From an uncultured Gemmatimonadales bacterium (lineage in GTDB: Bacteria; Gemmatimonadota; Gemmatimonadetes; Longimicrobiales; RSA9): 64,000 nucleotides of DNA. Below are positions 10,091 through 20,342 of the stretch, piece after piece (the stretch's first letter is position 1; each line of letters begins with the position of its first letter). The position numbers and the translations under genes are program-made. The DNA is taken from NCBI GenBank assembly GCA_963783305.1, contig CAWAMW010000002.1, forward strand, positions 576,001-640,000, read 5' to 3'. The notes beneath the pieces are model-generated. The model searched no databases, was not told where the DNA came from, and was given only the letters and a program-made list of their open reading frames with translations.

Positions 10091-11470
10091 TCAGCCGGCG
10101 GGGTCGACCAGGAGCTCGTGCTTCTCGATGATGCGGTCGAGGCGGCCGCGGCTGATGCCGAGGATCTCGGCGGTCCTGGACTTGTGGCCACCGGTCTCCA
10201 CGAGGATGTGCTGGACGTGGGCGCTCTCGGCGGCGTGCATCACGGCGTCGAGCTCTGTGCCGGCGTCGCTGTGGTCGCCGGGATGTTCTCCGTCGTGGAG
10301 TCGCTCGCCGGTGCCGAGCTCGAGGTGCTCGGGTCCGAGGGTGTCATCGGCGGCGAGGAGTACGGCGCGGGTGAGGGCGTTCTCGAGCTCCCGCACGTTG
10401 CCGGGCCAGTCGTACATCATCAGGCGCTTGAGGGCCTTGAGGGAGATGCGGGGCGGCCTGCGCTCCGCCACGGCGGCCGCGCGTGCGACGAGCTGCCGGG
10501 TGAGGAGGGGGATATCATCGCGCCGCTCGCGGAGGGGCGGGAGCACGATCTCGACGACGCGGAGCCGGAAATACAGGTCCTCTCGAAAGTGGCCCTGCCG
10601 GAGCAGGCGCTCGATGGGCTGGTGAGTGGCTGCCAGGACACGGGCCTCGGAGCGCCGGGGCTCCTCGCAGCCAACGGGATAGAACTCCTTCTCCTGGAGC
10701 ACGCGAAGCAGCTTGACCTGGAACGCCGGGCTGGTGTCGCCGATCTCGTCCAGGAAGATGGTGCCGGTCCCGGCCAGCTCGAAGCGACCCCTCCGGTCGT
10801 TCTGGGCGCCGGTGAACGCGCCTCTGACGTGACCGAACAGCTCCGACTCCAGGAGCGTTTCGGGGAGGGAGGCGCAGTTCACGGAGACGAAGGGCTGGGC
10901 GGCGCGGCGAGAGTTGTGGTGGATGGTGCGGGCGATCAGCTCCTTGCCCGTGCCCGTCTCGCCGCGGATGAGGATGGGCGCGCTGGACGCGGCGACGCGC
11001 CCGATGATCTTGAACACCTCGATCATCTTGCGGTTGTGCCCCACGAGCCCGTCGGGCGGCAGGATCTCCGGCTCCAGTGCGTCGGTGCTCTCGTTCGCCG
11101 TGCGCTTGTGGGCCTCCAGGCCGGAGCGGATGATCTCCTCGAGGCGGTCGAGGTCGAGGGGCTTCACCATGTAGTCGTAGGCGCCATCCTTCATGGCGTC
11201 GATGGCCGTCTGCATCTCATCGTAGGCGGTCATGAGGACCACCGTCGTATCGGGCGCGTCGGCGTGGAGCTTCCGAAGGAGCTCGAGGCCGTTCATCCCG
11301 GGCATGCGCAGGTCGCTCAGCACCAGGTCGGGCTGGAACCGGTGGAACGCGGCCAGGGCCCCCTCCCCGGACTCGCAGGCTTCCACCACGTAGCCGGAGC
11401 GGCTCAGGTGGCGGCGGAGGATCTCCAGGTGAGAGGGGTCGTCTTCGGCGATGAGTATGCGCGAGGGCAT
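10091..11470 (-). CDS. Sigma-54-dependent response regulator (NtrC/AtoC family)
   Basis: Receiver (ILIAEDD, DLRMPG), [32 protein letters not shown]-terminal Fis HTH. Start taken at MPSRIL. Confidence 0.95.
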   Translation of the reverse strand: MPSRILIAEDDPSHLEILRRHLSRSGYVVEACESGEGALAAFHRFQPDLVLSDLRMPGMNGLELLRKLHADAPDTTVVLMTAYDEMQTAIDAMKDGAYDYMVKPLDLDRLEEIIRSGLEAHKRTANESTDALEPEILPPDGLVGHNRKMIEVFKIIGRVAASSAPILIRGETGTGKELIARTIHHNSRRAAQPFVSVNCASLPETLLESELFGHVRGAFTGAQNDRRGRFELAGTGTIFLDEIGDTSPAFQVKLLRVLQEKEFYPVGCEEPRRSEARVLAATHQPIERLLRQGHFREDLYFRLRVVEIVLPPLRERRDDIPLLTRQLVARAAAVAERRPPRISLKALKRLMMYDWPGNVRELENALTRAVLLAADDTLGPEHLELGTGERLHDGEHPGDHSDAGTELDAVMHAAESAHVQHILVETGGHKSRTAEILGISRGRLDRIIEKHELLVDPAG

Positions 11471-11487
11471 TTCTTTAGGATCCCGGT

Positions 11488-13224
11488 TCAGTTCGGGAGC
11501 GCCGGCTCGAGGGCCGCCTCCTCGGGCGTGGTCGTCTCTGCCGGGTCGGACCCCGCCAGCTTGAGCCGGACCACGAAGACCGCGCCGCTCCCGGCGGCCA
11601 CGGGCTCGTACGTGATGGTCCCGCCCCATGGCTGCACGGTGCGCAGGGCCGTGGGCAGCCCGATCCCGTTGCCGCGCACCTTGGTGGTGAAGAAGGGCTC
11701 GAAGATGGAGTCGAGGATGTCCGGGGGCACGCCGGGTCCGTTGTCGGCGATCCGGACATGGAGCTCACCGCGGGCGGAGGGCGCCGTCCAGGTGGAGACG
11801 CGGATGCGTGCGTCGGGCACGTCCTTCAGGGCATCGAGGGCGTTCACCAGCAGGTTGACCCACACGCCCCGCAGCCCCTCCGCCTCGCCCCGCACCTGGT
11901 CGTCATCGGCCCGGGGCACGTACTCCAGCTCCACGCCCTGTGCCCGGATCTTCGGCTGGAGCACCTCCAGCGTGTCCGCCAGCCCTTCATGCACCGCGCA
12001 GATGCGCTCGCCGCCCTGCCCCTGCTGTCGCCCCATCTCCAGCACTGTCCGCATCACGCCGTCGAGCCGGTTCACCTCGTTCAGCGCGATCTCGATCACA
12101 CGGTCGGCGTCATCGGGGATGAAGCCGCTCCGCAGGTCACGGTGGAGGCTCTGCAGGCTCAGGCGGATGGAGCTCAGCGGGTTCCGGATCTCGTGCGACA
12201 GGTACGCAGCCAGTTCACCCACGGCCGCCAGCTTCTGACTCAGCTCCACCTGCCGGAGCGACTCCGAGAGCCGGTCGATCATGTTCCGGAACGCCAGCGT
12301 CAGGTGCCCTACCTCGTCGTCCCCGGGCGGTGGCAGCCACGGCGCCAGGTTGCCCACCCGGATCTCGTCCGCGGCCTCCGTCAGGGCGCCGAGGGATCGG
12401 AACTCCCGCCCGGCGAAGAGGAGGAACCCCAGTCCGGTGAGGAAGAGGAGGGCGATGGTAGCCATCAGGTAGCGGAGGCGGGTGGCCCGGAACGGCGCCA
12501 GGAACTCATCCTCGCTCGTATAGACCACCACGCCCACCTCCGGCCCGCTGGCGAACGCGACCGCCGCGTTCCAGGTGTGGCCGTCCACCGCTTGTGAGAG
12601 CGAGCGGGTGACGGACTGGCTGGATTCGCCGATCCGCCGCACCGCCTTTGCAATGGCGGCGGACGGCTGCTCCGACAGCCGATCGCAGCGGGAGTCGTAG
12701 ACGACCGATCCGCTGGACGGGCTCACCAGCTGGGTGTGGCTCTCGATCGCCGGCTTGGGACCCCCCGCCGCCGCCAGGAGCCGGTGGGCGGCGATCCGGC
12801 CCTCCAGCTCCAGCGCGCCCGGACCCGGGATACTGACCCGGACGGGCGTCAGCCCGGCTCCGCTCGAGCACGAGCTGTCGGCGGTCGACGGCAGCGGCAG
12901 CGCCCAGCTGAGCGCACCGCCCTGCAACAGCCGCAGCTCCTCGAACAGCCCCGGTTCTTCGGGGATCACCGACCGCGCGGCGGCGGCTGAGGAGAACGCG
13001 CCGTCCCGGGTGAGACGCTCCCCGATCCGGCTCAGCTCCGCCCGCGCCGCGTCGTAGCCGCGCTCCATCTCTCGCGCCGCCTGCCCCGCCAGCGCAGTGC
13101 CCCGCGCGTCCACCGCAACGCGCAGTGCCTGCATCGACTGCAGGTAGTCCCCCGCGCCGAGGACCGCCACCGGAAGGATGGCGAAAACGAGGAACAGGAC
13201 CAGGATACGGCGACGAAGCGACAC
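11488..13224 (-). CDS. Membrane sensor histidine kinase with HAMP domain
   Basis: Two TM segments, HAMP (DDEVGHLTLAFRNM), H-box SHEIRNPL, NLLVNA, DNGPG, FEPFFTTK, GIGL. Confidence 0.95.
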   Translation of the reverse strand: MSLRRRILVLFLVFAILPVAVLGAGDYLQSMQALRVAVDARGTALAGQAAREMERGYDAARAELSRIGERLTRDGAFSSAAAARSVIPEEPGLFEELRLLQGGALSWALPLPSTADSSCSSGAGLTPVRVSIPGPGALELEGRIAAHRLLAAAGGPKPAIESHTQLVSPSSGSVVYDSRCDRLSEQPSAAIAKAVRRIGESSQSVTRSLSQAVDGHTWNAAVAFASGPEVGVVVYTSEDEFLAPFRATRLRYLMATIALLFLTGLGFLLFAGREFRSLGALTEAADEIRVGNLAPWLPPPGDDEVGHLTLAFRNMIDRLSESLRQVELSQKLAAVGELAAYLSHEIRNPLSSIRLSLQSLHRDLRSGFIPDDADRVIEIALNEVNRLDGVMRTVLEMGRQQGQGGERICAVHEGLADTLEVLQPKIRAQGVELEYVPRADDDQVRGEAEGLRGVWVNLLVNALDALKDVPDARIRVSTWTAPSARGELHVRIADNGPGVPPDILDSIFEPFFTTKVRGNGIGLPTALRTVQPWGGTITYEPVAAGSGAVFVVRLKLAGSDPAETTTPEEAALEPALPN

Positions 13225-13523
13225 GTTTCCCCTTGGTCTTATGAGAGCCCGGACCGGACACGGGTGTGCTGCTCTGCTGCAGGAGAGCAGCGAGAATGGA
13301 TCTGTGGAGATCCGGTCGTGGCCGGTACTCTCATCGGTTTGCGCCGGGCATCGCGGCGAACACGTGCGTTCGCCGGCTAAGCCCGGAGCTTCAATGAAGC
13401 GAGTGGACGACGCGCGGTCAAGCTGCCTCCAACTCGGGGAGTATCGACTGCGCGCGACTCATCGATCCCGGCCCCTCCCCCACCACTGTTGACGCCGGCC
13501 CTGACAAGCATTAGCAAGTACCC

Positions 13524-13706
13524 ATGATGGATCGCGCCACTGACATCGCACGCGCCGGGATCCACGCTGCCGGAGAGCTGTTCGCCGGTATCGGCGCCCT
13601 GGTCCGCGACTGGATGCGAGGGGACGACCTCACGCTCCTGATCGGGCTGGGGGTCGTGGCCCTCGTGGCCCTCTTCGTTTTCCTGCCCGGCCGCCGGCGC
13701 TACTAG
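13524..13706 (+). CDS. Small single-pass membrane protein
   Basis: 60 aa with a C-terminal TM and basic tail; TTGACG-N17-TAGCAA ends 6 nt before the ATG. Confidence 0.6.
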   Translation: MMDRATDIARAGIHAAGELFAGIGALVRDWMRGDDLTLLIGLGVVALVALFVFLPGRRRY

Positions 13707-13738
13707 CCCGGCAGAAGGCCGCACGCGCAGGCGGGCCG

Positions 13739-14344
13739 TCATGGCCGCCTCACAAACGCGAACGCGCCCAGGAGCATGAGCCCGCTGGCCACCAGCAGGA
13801 GTGTGCCCGGCTCCGGGACCACCTCGGGTGGCGGATCTCGCGGGTCATCGGATTCTTCCGTCCTGACGGTCTCCGACAGCGCCAGCACGCCCACGGCGAC
13901 AGGGAGAAGGAACCACGGCCTCAGCTCGGCCGGGTACACCGCGGTACTGTGGGAACCCGGCAGGAAGTGGAGGAGCGCCTCCCTGTAGAGGGATGGCACG
14001 TCGAACGAGAGGCCCACCTGCGGCACCGGCAGGCTGAACTTCGTGGCTTCCGGCAGTTGCGGAAAGGGCCAGCCCGCGGCGGCCCTCGGCTCGGGGGCGC
14101 TCGACTCCGGGACGCGCGGCAGGGTCGGCGGGACCTCTCCCGCGCGACTGGGGGCATCGAAGAGAGGGAGGGGCTCGTCGGTGAGTAGCCCCGCGGCGGT
14201 CGCGTGATCCGGACCCTTCAGGAGCACCAACGCGATCACGCCGAGCACGGCCGCAAGGGCCAGCAGCACCGCCACCCGGATCGCTCTCCTGGTCCTTATC
14301 CTGGAAAGCTCCTCTTGGACCAGCACTTCTCCCCCTCGTCGCAA
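13739..14344 (-). CDS. PEP-CTERM sorting domain protein
   Basis: C-terminus VPEPGTLLLVASGLMLLGAFAFVRRP; N-terminal hydrophobic segment; Pro-rich body. The start may be GTG 14326. Confidence 0.85.
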   Translation of the reverse strand: MRRGGEVLVQEELSRIRTRRAIRVAVLLALAAVLGVIALVLLKGPDHATAAGLLTDEPLPLFDAPSRAGEVPPTLPRVPESSAPEPRAAAGWPFPQLPEATKFSLPVPQVGLSFDVPSLYREALLHFLPGSHSTAVYPAELRPWFLLPVAVGVLALSETVRTEESDDPRDPPPEVVPEPGTLLLVASGLMLLGAFAFVRRP

Positions 14345-14434
14345 GTGTGCCTGAATCCTCCACCCGCCGAGCGCGGCTCAGCGGATGGGCTGGTTTCGAA
14401 GCAGGCCGGGGAGAAAGTGGCCGACCGTAGCGAA

Positions 14435-14450
14435 AGCAACTCGCGTGCCC
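14435..14450 (-). promoter_or_regulatory. Sigma-54 promoter of the PEP-CTERM gene
   Basis: Minus strand GGGCACGCGAGTTGCT, near-consensus -24/-12. Confidence 0.75.
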
Positions 14451-14589
14451 CGCCTCACTCAAATGCTAAATGCTTTCCTTGCAGCCAGATAGGTGATTGC
14501 CGACCTGCCGGCGGCCGCTGCACCGGTGCAACATCTGTAGCGGTGTGGCACGCCCCCCCGTGGCACGAGCCCGATACCGCGAGCGGGCG

Positions 14590-15909
14590 TCAGGCGGCGC
14601 GGACCCAGCGCACGAGCTCGCCGAGGGACGGGCGCTTGCCGGTGGCCAGGATCCCGACGCGATAGATCTTGCCGGCGATCCAGGCCAGGACGATGGAGCT
14701 GAGGACGAGGAGGCCAAGGGAGAGGGTTACGGTGCCGGTGTCGGGAGGAGTGGCGCCCAGTCGCATGGGCATGGCGACGGGGGCGGTGAGCGGGAACAGC
14801 GAGAGGAAGGTGGAGAGTGACCCCTCGGGGTCGCTCGTGAGGGGCCCCAGGAAGAGGAGTGGCACGAAGAGTGGCAGCATGAGGACCATCTGGTAGGGCT
14901 GGGCCTCCTGCTCGGAGCTCATGGCGGCGCCCAGACCGGCGAAAAGGGCGGCGTAGAGGAGGAATCCGAGGATGAAGTAGAGGATGAGGATCACGCCGAT
15001 GGCGGGCTCCAGCGCGAGGGCGTCCATGGCGGTGGCGGAGACGCCGAAGTGCTCCTGGAGGGCCTCGGACTGGCTGACGGCCACTACGACCATGATGGCC
15101 CAGATGGCGACCTGGAGGAGCGCGGCGGCGCTGACGCCGGCGATCTTCCCCGCCATGAGGTGAGTGGCGCGCATGGTGGATACGAGGATCTCCGAAATGC
15201 GCGTCACCTTCTCCTGGATGACGCTGCGCATGACGGCGTGGCCGTACATGGCGATGACGAAGTAGGCGAGGAAGGCGAGGATATAGGCAACGAAGAACGT
15301 GCTCTGGGCGTCGCCGCCCTCCTCGCCGCCCTCGGTGATGCGGGCGCTGGTCACCTCCACGGGGGCCATGAGCTGCTGGATCGCGCTGGCGTCCACGCCG
15401 GCGCTGCCCAGGCGCGCGAACTGGAGCGCCGCCGTGGCGGCGAGACGGATGTCCCTGAACACGGCCTGATTGGTGATGTTGCGGGCCCGGTACTGCACCG
15501 CGCCGGTCGCCATGACGTCGGACGGCAGGACCACGTAGCCGTCGATCTCCTTCATCAGCACACGCTCGTTCAGAGCGGCGATGTCAGCGGGACCGGGAAC
15601 CACCTCCACCCGGTAGGGCGTCTCACCCTGGCTGGCCGCTTCCATGACGGCCTCGGCGTCCCCGCCGCCGATGTCGGCGTCCACCGTGGTGCCGGTGTTC
15701 TGGAGTGCCTGGACGAAGACCGCCGCCACGCCCTCGGGCGCGTCGTCGACGATAACGAGCCGGCGCTGCGCGTCATCACTCCCCACCAGCGCCGGGAGGA
15801 AGAAGATGGCGAACATGAAGACGGGGAACGCCAGCGTGCCGATGACGAAGCTCCGGGTTTGGACGCGTTCGCGGAACTCGCGCTCGATGATGATCCAGAT
15901 CTCATGCAC
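14590..15909 (-). CDS. ABC-2 type exporter permease (NatB/YhaP-like)
   Basis: IIIEREFRERV, SVIQEKVTRISEILVS, LMAGKI; multiple TMs. Confidence 0.88.
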   Translation of the reverse strand: MHEIWIIIEREFRERVQTRSFVIGTLAFPVFMFAIFFLPALVGSDDAQRRLVIVDDAPEGVAAVFVQALQNTGTTVDADIGGGDAEAVMEAASQGETPYRVEVVPGPADIAALNERVLMKEIDGYVVLPSDVMATGAVQYRARNITNQAVFRDIRLAATAALQFARLGSAGVDASAIQQLMAPVEVTSARITEGGEEGGDAQSTFFVAYILAFLAYFVIAMYGHAVMRSVIQEKVTRISEILVSTMRATHLMAGKIAGVSAAALLQVAIWAIMVVVAVSQSEALQEHFGVSATAMDALALEPAIGVILILYFILGFLLYAALFAGLGAAMSSEQEAQPYQMVLMLPLFVPLLFLGPLTSDPEGSLSTFLSLFPLTAPVAMPMRLGATPPDTGTVTLSLGLLVLSSIVLAWIAGKIYRVGILATGKRPSLGELVRWVRAA

Positions 15910-16861
15910 GGGCGGCCTCCTTCCGGCCGGCGCGGGGCGCGCTGGAGCCCACGTGCTGAAGGAAGATCTCGTGGAGTGTGGGCTCCACGTGCTCGAAGCG
16001 GGTGATGGGAAGGCGCTGGGCGGCCACGGCCTCCAGGAGCTCGGCCCGGCTGCGCCCCGGCGCCAGCTCCAGCTCCCACTCGTGGGCGTTGCGTCGGCTG
16101 GCGCTCCCGATCAGCCCGGTGCGCTGCAGGGGCGGGTCGTCGTCCTGGGCGCCGTTCTCCAGCGCGATGCGGAACCGGTTCGAGCGGTGGACGGTGCGCA
16201 GGTATCGCACCTCGCCTTCCAGCACCTTGCGGCCGGCCGCGATGAGGGTGACCTCGTCGCAGAGCTCCTCGGCCTGCGCCATGTTGTGGGTGCTGAGGAC
16301 CACCGTGCGGCCCTCGCTGCGGACGGCCCGTATCGTTTCGGCCAGCACCTCCTGGTTCACCGGGTCGAGACCGGACTGCGGCTCGTCCAGGATGAGGAGT
16401 TCCGGCCCGTGCAGGACCGTGGCTATGAACTGGGCCTTCTGCTGCATGCCTTTCGACAGCGACTCCACCCGCTCGTCCGCCCACTCGTCCAGCCCCAGCC
16501 GCTCGAGCCATCTCCGGCTCCGCTCCTTCGCCTCGGCCCGGCTCAGCCCCTTGAGCCGGCCGAAGAAGACGATGGTCTCCAGAACGGTCATCCTCTTGTA
16601 GAGCCCCCGCTCTTCCGGCAGGTAGCCCACCTGCCGGAGCACCTTTCGGTGCCGCTCCGGATCGTGACCCAGCACCTCCAGCCGGCCCTCATCGCGGAAG
16701 AGGATGTTCATGATCATCCGCAGAGTGCTGGACTTGCCGGCCCCGTTGGGGCCCAGGAGGCCGTGAATGGATCCCGGCCTGATGACGAGGTCGAGGTGGT
16801 CGACTGCGGTGTGTCCCGAGAAGTGCTTCGAGACGCCCTCGAGGAGCAGGGCTGGCTGCAT
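15902..16861 (-). CDS. ABC transporter ATP-binding protein (C-terminal DUF4162-like)
   Basis: GPNGAGKS, LSKGMQQK, LILDEP, STH. Confidence 0.93.
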   Translation of the reverse strand: MQPALLLEGVSKHFSGHTAVDHLDLVIRPGSIHGLLGPNGAGKSSTLRMIMNILFRDEGRLEVLGHDPERHRKVLRQVGYLPEERGLYKRMTVLETIVFFGRLKGLSRAEAKERSRRWLERLGLDEWADERVESLSKGMQQKAQFIATVLHGPELLILDEPQSGLDPVNQEVLAETIRAVRSEGRTVVLSTHNMAQAEELCDEVTLIAAGRKVLEGEVRYLRTVHRSNRFRIALENGAQDDDPPLQRTGLIGSASRRNAHEWELELAPGRSRAELLEAVAAQRLPITRFEHVEPTLHEIFLQHVGSSAPRAGRKEAARA

Positions 16862-16879
16862 ATTATTTCGGCTCTGGGT

Positions 16880-17194
16880 TCAGACGAGAATGACGGCCGC
16901 GAGGAGGGCCAGGACCAGGGCGCAGCCCCCCACCCACAGGCGGAGCTGGGGCGAGTCCACGACCCGCTCTCCGGTTTCCTTCTCCAGCACCGATACGAAA
17001 AGGCCGGTCAGGAGCGCGGCGAAGAAGATGGCGGCCGCCAGGTACAGCGCATAGGCGAGCCGTGACGAGATGAGTGCGGCGATAAGGATGAGTGCGAGGG
17101 CGATGCCGCCCGCCCAGAGCGCCTCGCGGACCAGGGGCCGCGCCTCCGGCGACCGCAGGTATTCCACGGCCGCTGTCAGATCGGGTTGCGACAT
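16880..17194 (-). CDS. Hypothetical membrane protein (about 3 TM)
   Basis: GAGGAG RBS, hydrophobic segments, co-oriented with the ABC genes. Confidence 0.7.
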   Translation of the reverse strand: MSQPDLTAAVEYLRSPEARPLVREALWAGGIALALILIAALISSRLAYALYLAAAIFFAALLTGLFVSVLEKETGERVVDSPQLRLWVGGCALVLALLAAVILV

Positions 17195-17239
17195 TGACTG
17201 CTCCTCATCGAGACGCGGAAGGCGGACATGGCGGCTAAC

Positions 17240-18952
17240 CTAGCGCGTGGATCGGTCCCGACCAATAGTCCCGGTGGCCGGCTCGGGTCGGCGCGTGGCC
17301 GGCCGCAATGGCAGGCTCGGCGGTCGGCCGAAGCCGACCAGCGCCCGGTCCAGCACGGCGAGGACGAGGTCCGCGATCCAGAGCAGGATCCAGGCGGCCA
17401 CGCCGAGCGCCGCGGTGATCAGCCCGGCGACCGCGGCGATGCCCTCCGGGAGCCGGATGGACGCCACGGCGGCGGTCAGGAGCAAGGCGTTGAGCCAGCC
17501 GGCGGCGAGCAGGGCCGAGTCCGCGGCCCCTCCCCCCGCGGCCAGCGGCCCCAGCGCGTACGCGAACCCCGCGGCGCCGAGACCCAGGAAGAAGACGGCG
17601 CCCGTCCGCCCGGGAGTGCCGAAGGGGCTGGACAGCGCGGTGACCAGGTACCGGAGGCCCGCCCCCGCCAGCAGGAGCGCGGCCGTGACCGCGAATGCGC
17701 CCGCCGTGAGCAGGGAAGACCCGCCGCGTGAGGCGGCTTCCTGGAGCGCTGGCGCCACCAGCCCCAGGCTGGCGCCGGCGGCCGCGAGCCAGACCATGAG
17801 CGAGCCGACGTCCAGCAGGATCCTGCCGGTCACCGCGGCGGGACGAGACGGCTGCGCCTCGATCCGTGTTGCCGGGCCGTTCCCCTCGAAGTCGGCCATC
17901 GCCCTGCGCAGCACGGCCAGGACGTGCTGGACGGATCGTCGATCGTCGGGGGCGAGCAGGAGCGCGCCTGCGGGCTCCGACGCCAGCGCCGCCACCTCCA
18001 TGCGCAGCGAGTCCGCGAAGGCGCGCATACGCTCGAGCGCGCCGCCCAGCTTCTCCGCCAGCTCGTCCTGGCGGATCACGGCCACGATGGCCGCCCGCCG
18101 CGCCCGCGCCGCTCGCCACCGCTCGAATCCCTCCACCGCAGCGTAGGCCAGCGCGGCGCCGAGCGGCGGGAGGAGCGCGGCCGTTCCGGCCAGCAGAGTG
18201 GCCGTCATGACACCACCCCACCAGGTGAGGTCGACCAGCGTCAGTGCCTCGAGAACGAAGACCACCGCGCCGGCCTCGAGTGCTGCCTGGGCCAGGACCA
18301 GAGCCACCGCCAGAACGGCCAGCATGTGGAAGCCCAGCGCCCTGCCCGCCACGCGGAGCCCGAAGTGGGCGAGCCCGAGGAGAAGCGACAGGAGCGCGAA
18401 GGCAGCGGGCACATAGGGCCCGTCGAGGGCGCCCACGTCGAGCGTCCCCATGGCCGGGAGCGACGGCAGGACATGGCGGTAGAGGACCCAGGCGTTTCCG
18501 GCGGCCACCACGAACGCGGCCACTCCCAGCAGCGACGGGATGACCCATCCGTGTCCCGGATTCCGCTGCTGTGCACGCCGGTGCACCGGCGTCCCGGGCT
18601 CGGTCCAGCTCACGGGGCCGACCTCCTCCAGCCGGTCCAGGCGCTGCCCCAGCTCACGCTGAGCCCGCACCACCCCGCGACCCGCCTCCGCCGCCCGGTC
18701 GAGGTGGTCGCCCACCCGCCGCACCTGGTCCGCAATGGATCGGCGCACCGGCCGCGTCCAGGACACGGCGACGAGGGCGGCCAGCCGGCTCATGCCGGGC
18801 CGCAGCGAGCGACGCCGGAACGCGCGGACTCGCCGGACACTCCGGCGCCGACCTGCGCGCCAGTCGCCGTCGCCCACCTGGTAGACACGTGCCGCCAGGA
18901 GCCCGACGAGGAGCAGGGCCATGCAGGAGAGAACGAGCACGAGGACCTCCAA
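17240..18952 (-). CDS. Hypothetical polytopic membrane protein with coiled-coil segments
   Basis: 570 aa (TTG start): two TM clusters separated by charged helical regions. No family recognised. Confidence 0.65.
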   Translation of the reverse strand: MEVLVLVLSCMALLLVGLLAARVYQVGDGDWRAGRRRSVRRVRAFRRRSLRPGMSRLAALVAVSWTRPVRRSIADQVRRVGDHLDRAAEAGRGVVRAQRELGQRLDRLEEVGPVSWTEPGTPVHRRAQQRNPGHGWVIPSLLGVAAFVVAAGNAWVLYRHVLPSLPAMGTLDVGALDGPYVPAAFALLSLLLGLAHFGLRVAGRALGFHMLAVLAVALVLAQAALEAGAVVFVLEALTLVDLTWWGGVMTATLLAGTAALLPPLGAALAYAAVEGFERWRAARARRAAIVAVIRQDELAEKLGGALERMRAFADSLRMEVAALASEPAGALLLAPDDRRSVQHVLAVLRRAMADFEGNGPATRIEAQPSRPAAVTGRILLDVGSLMVWLAAAGASLGLVAPALQEAASRGGSSLLTAGAFAVTAALLLAGAGLRYLVTALSSPFGTPGRTGAVFFLGLGAAGFAYALGPLAAGGGAADSALLAAGWLNALLLTAAVASIRLPEGIAAVAGLITAALGVAAWILLWIADLVLAVLDRALVGFGRPPSLPLRPATRRPEPATGTIGRDRSTR

Positions 18953-19304
18953 CCGAGGGTGCTGATTTCCGGCGCTTCTCCGGTTCCTTCACTCTCGAGG
19001 TGAAGGGGGAGCGTGTTGTTCGGCCCACGTACGGGCAGGTTCCGAGCCCGAATGTCGCGCCACGCCCGCTCCCCCCGGCAGCGCGGCTCGAGGCCGCCGC
19101 CGCTGTCGCGCCACAAGACGGAGGCTGTACCGCGGCGGTACAGCAGAACCACCCGGCTGCGGAACGTTCCCCCCGCAGAGCCGAGTCCTCCCGAACTGGC
19201 ATCCCCCCTGAACTCGGTAGACTCGAGGTCCCGCGCCCCGCTCTCACGCGGGACTGCGGGTGGGTGCATCGAACAAGCCCTCCAGGCACCCGGCCGCCGG
19301 TCGG

Positions 19305-20342
19305 TCACATACCGGTGCCGGTCGCCTTCCGCACCACCGGCGCCACCTCGGCCCCCAGCAGCTCGATGGATCGCAGCACGCTGGCGTGCGGCAGCGTCCC
19401 AACGATCTGCATCATGTAGCGCTGGTGTCCGAACAGCTCGTGCTGCCAGAGGATCTTCTCGATGACCTCCTGCGGGCTCCCGACGGCCAGGGCGCCGTGG
19501 AGGGTGCGATTCCCATCGAACTGCTGCCGGCTCATGGGCGGCCAGCCGCGCTCGCGCCCCACTCGGTCCATCATGGCGGCATAAGGCGGGAAGAGCTCGT
19601 CGGCCGCGGCGCCGCCGTCGGGGCCGACATGGCCGTGGGTGTTGATGCCGATGGCCAGGGTGGCGGGATCGTGCCCCGCGCGTTCGCCGGCCTCACGGTA
19701 GAGCTCGACGAGCGGCTTGAAGCGTTCGGGCGATCCGCCGAGTATGGCGATGGCCAGGGGGAGCCCGAGTGTGCCGGCGCGGACGGCGGAGCGGGGCGTG
19801 CCGCCGACGGCGATCCACACCGGTAGCTTCGGCTGGACGGGCCGAGGATAGACGCCAGCGTGGTCGAGCGGCGGACGGTGCTTTCCGCTCCAGGTGATCC
19901 GCTCGTTGTCGCGGAGCGCCAGCAGCAATTCGAGCTTCTCCTGGAACAGCTCATCGTAGTCGGACAGGTCCTGCCCGAAGAGGGGGAACGACTCGGTGAA
20001 GGAGCCGCGGCCGGCCATGATCTCGGCCCGGCCATTCGAGATCCCGTCGAGGGTGGCGAACTGCTGGAAAACGCGTACGGGGTCATCGGAGCTCAGCACG
20101 GTGACCGCGCTGGTGAGGCGGATGGTGTGCGTGCGTGCGGCGCCGGCGGCCAGCGCCACGGCGGGTGCGGACACGGCGAAATCGGGGCGGTGGTGCTCGC
20201 CGAGCCCGAACACGTCGAGTCCCACCTGGTCCGCCAGCTCGATGGCCTCGACCGTCTCCCGGAGCCGCCGGCCGGCCTCCACTCCCGCGCCGCCCCCTTG
20301 GTCGGGCCGGGTCTCGGCGAACGTGAAGACGCCGATCTCCAT
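19305..20342 (-). CDS. LLM-class flavin-dependent oxidoreductase
   Basis: [10 protein letters not shown]...[10 protein letters not shown]...[27 protein letters not shown] overlaps the upstream stop. Confidence 0.92.
   Translation of the reverse strand: MEIGVFTFAETRPDQGGGAGVEAGRRLRETVEAIELADQVGLDVFGLGEHHRPDFAVSAPAVALAAGAARTHTIRLTSAVTVLSSDDPVRVFQQFATLDGISNGRAEIMAGRGSFTESFPLFGQDLSDYDELFQEKLELLLALRDNERITWSGKHRPPLDHAGVYPRPVQPKLPVWIAVGGTPRSAVRAGTLGLPLAIAILGGSPERFKPLVELYREAGERAGHDPATLAIGINTHGHVGPDGGAAADELFPPYAAMMDRVGRERGWPPMSRQQFDGNRTLHGALAVGSPQEVIEKILWQHELFGHQRYMMQIVGTLPHASVLRSIELLGAEVAPVVRKATGTGM

Noticed and set aside
9821..12238. Long antisense ORFs (this 805-aa frame, also 20555..23410, 46791..49166 and others)
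   Set aside because: They are shadows of well-supported opposite-strand genes in GC-rich DNA and carry no motifs.
13388..13400. GCTTCAATGAAGC shares 10 nt with the CRISPR-like repeat end
   Set aside because: It is isolated, with no hairpin body or periodic neighbours; at most a short palindromic operator.
19185..19225. CCCGAAC...AACTCGGTAG resembling a c-di-AMP riboswitch 3' part
   Set aside because: The spacing is wrong, the 5' elements are missing, and no gene lies downstream on that strand.
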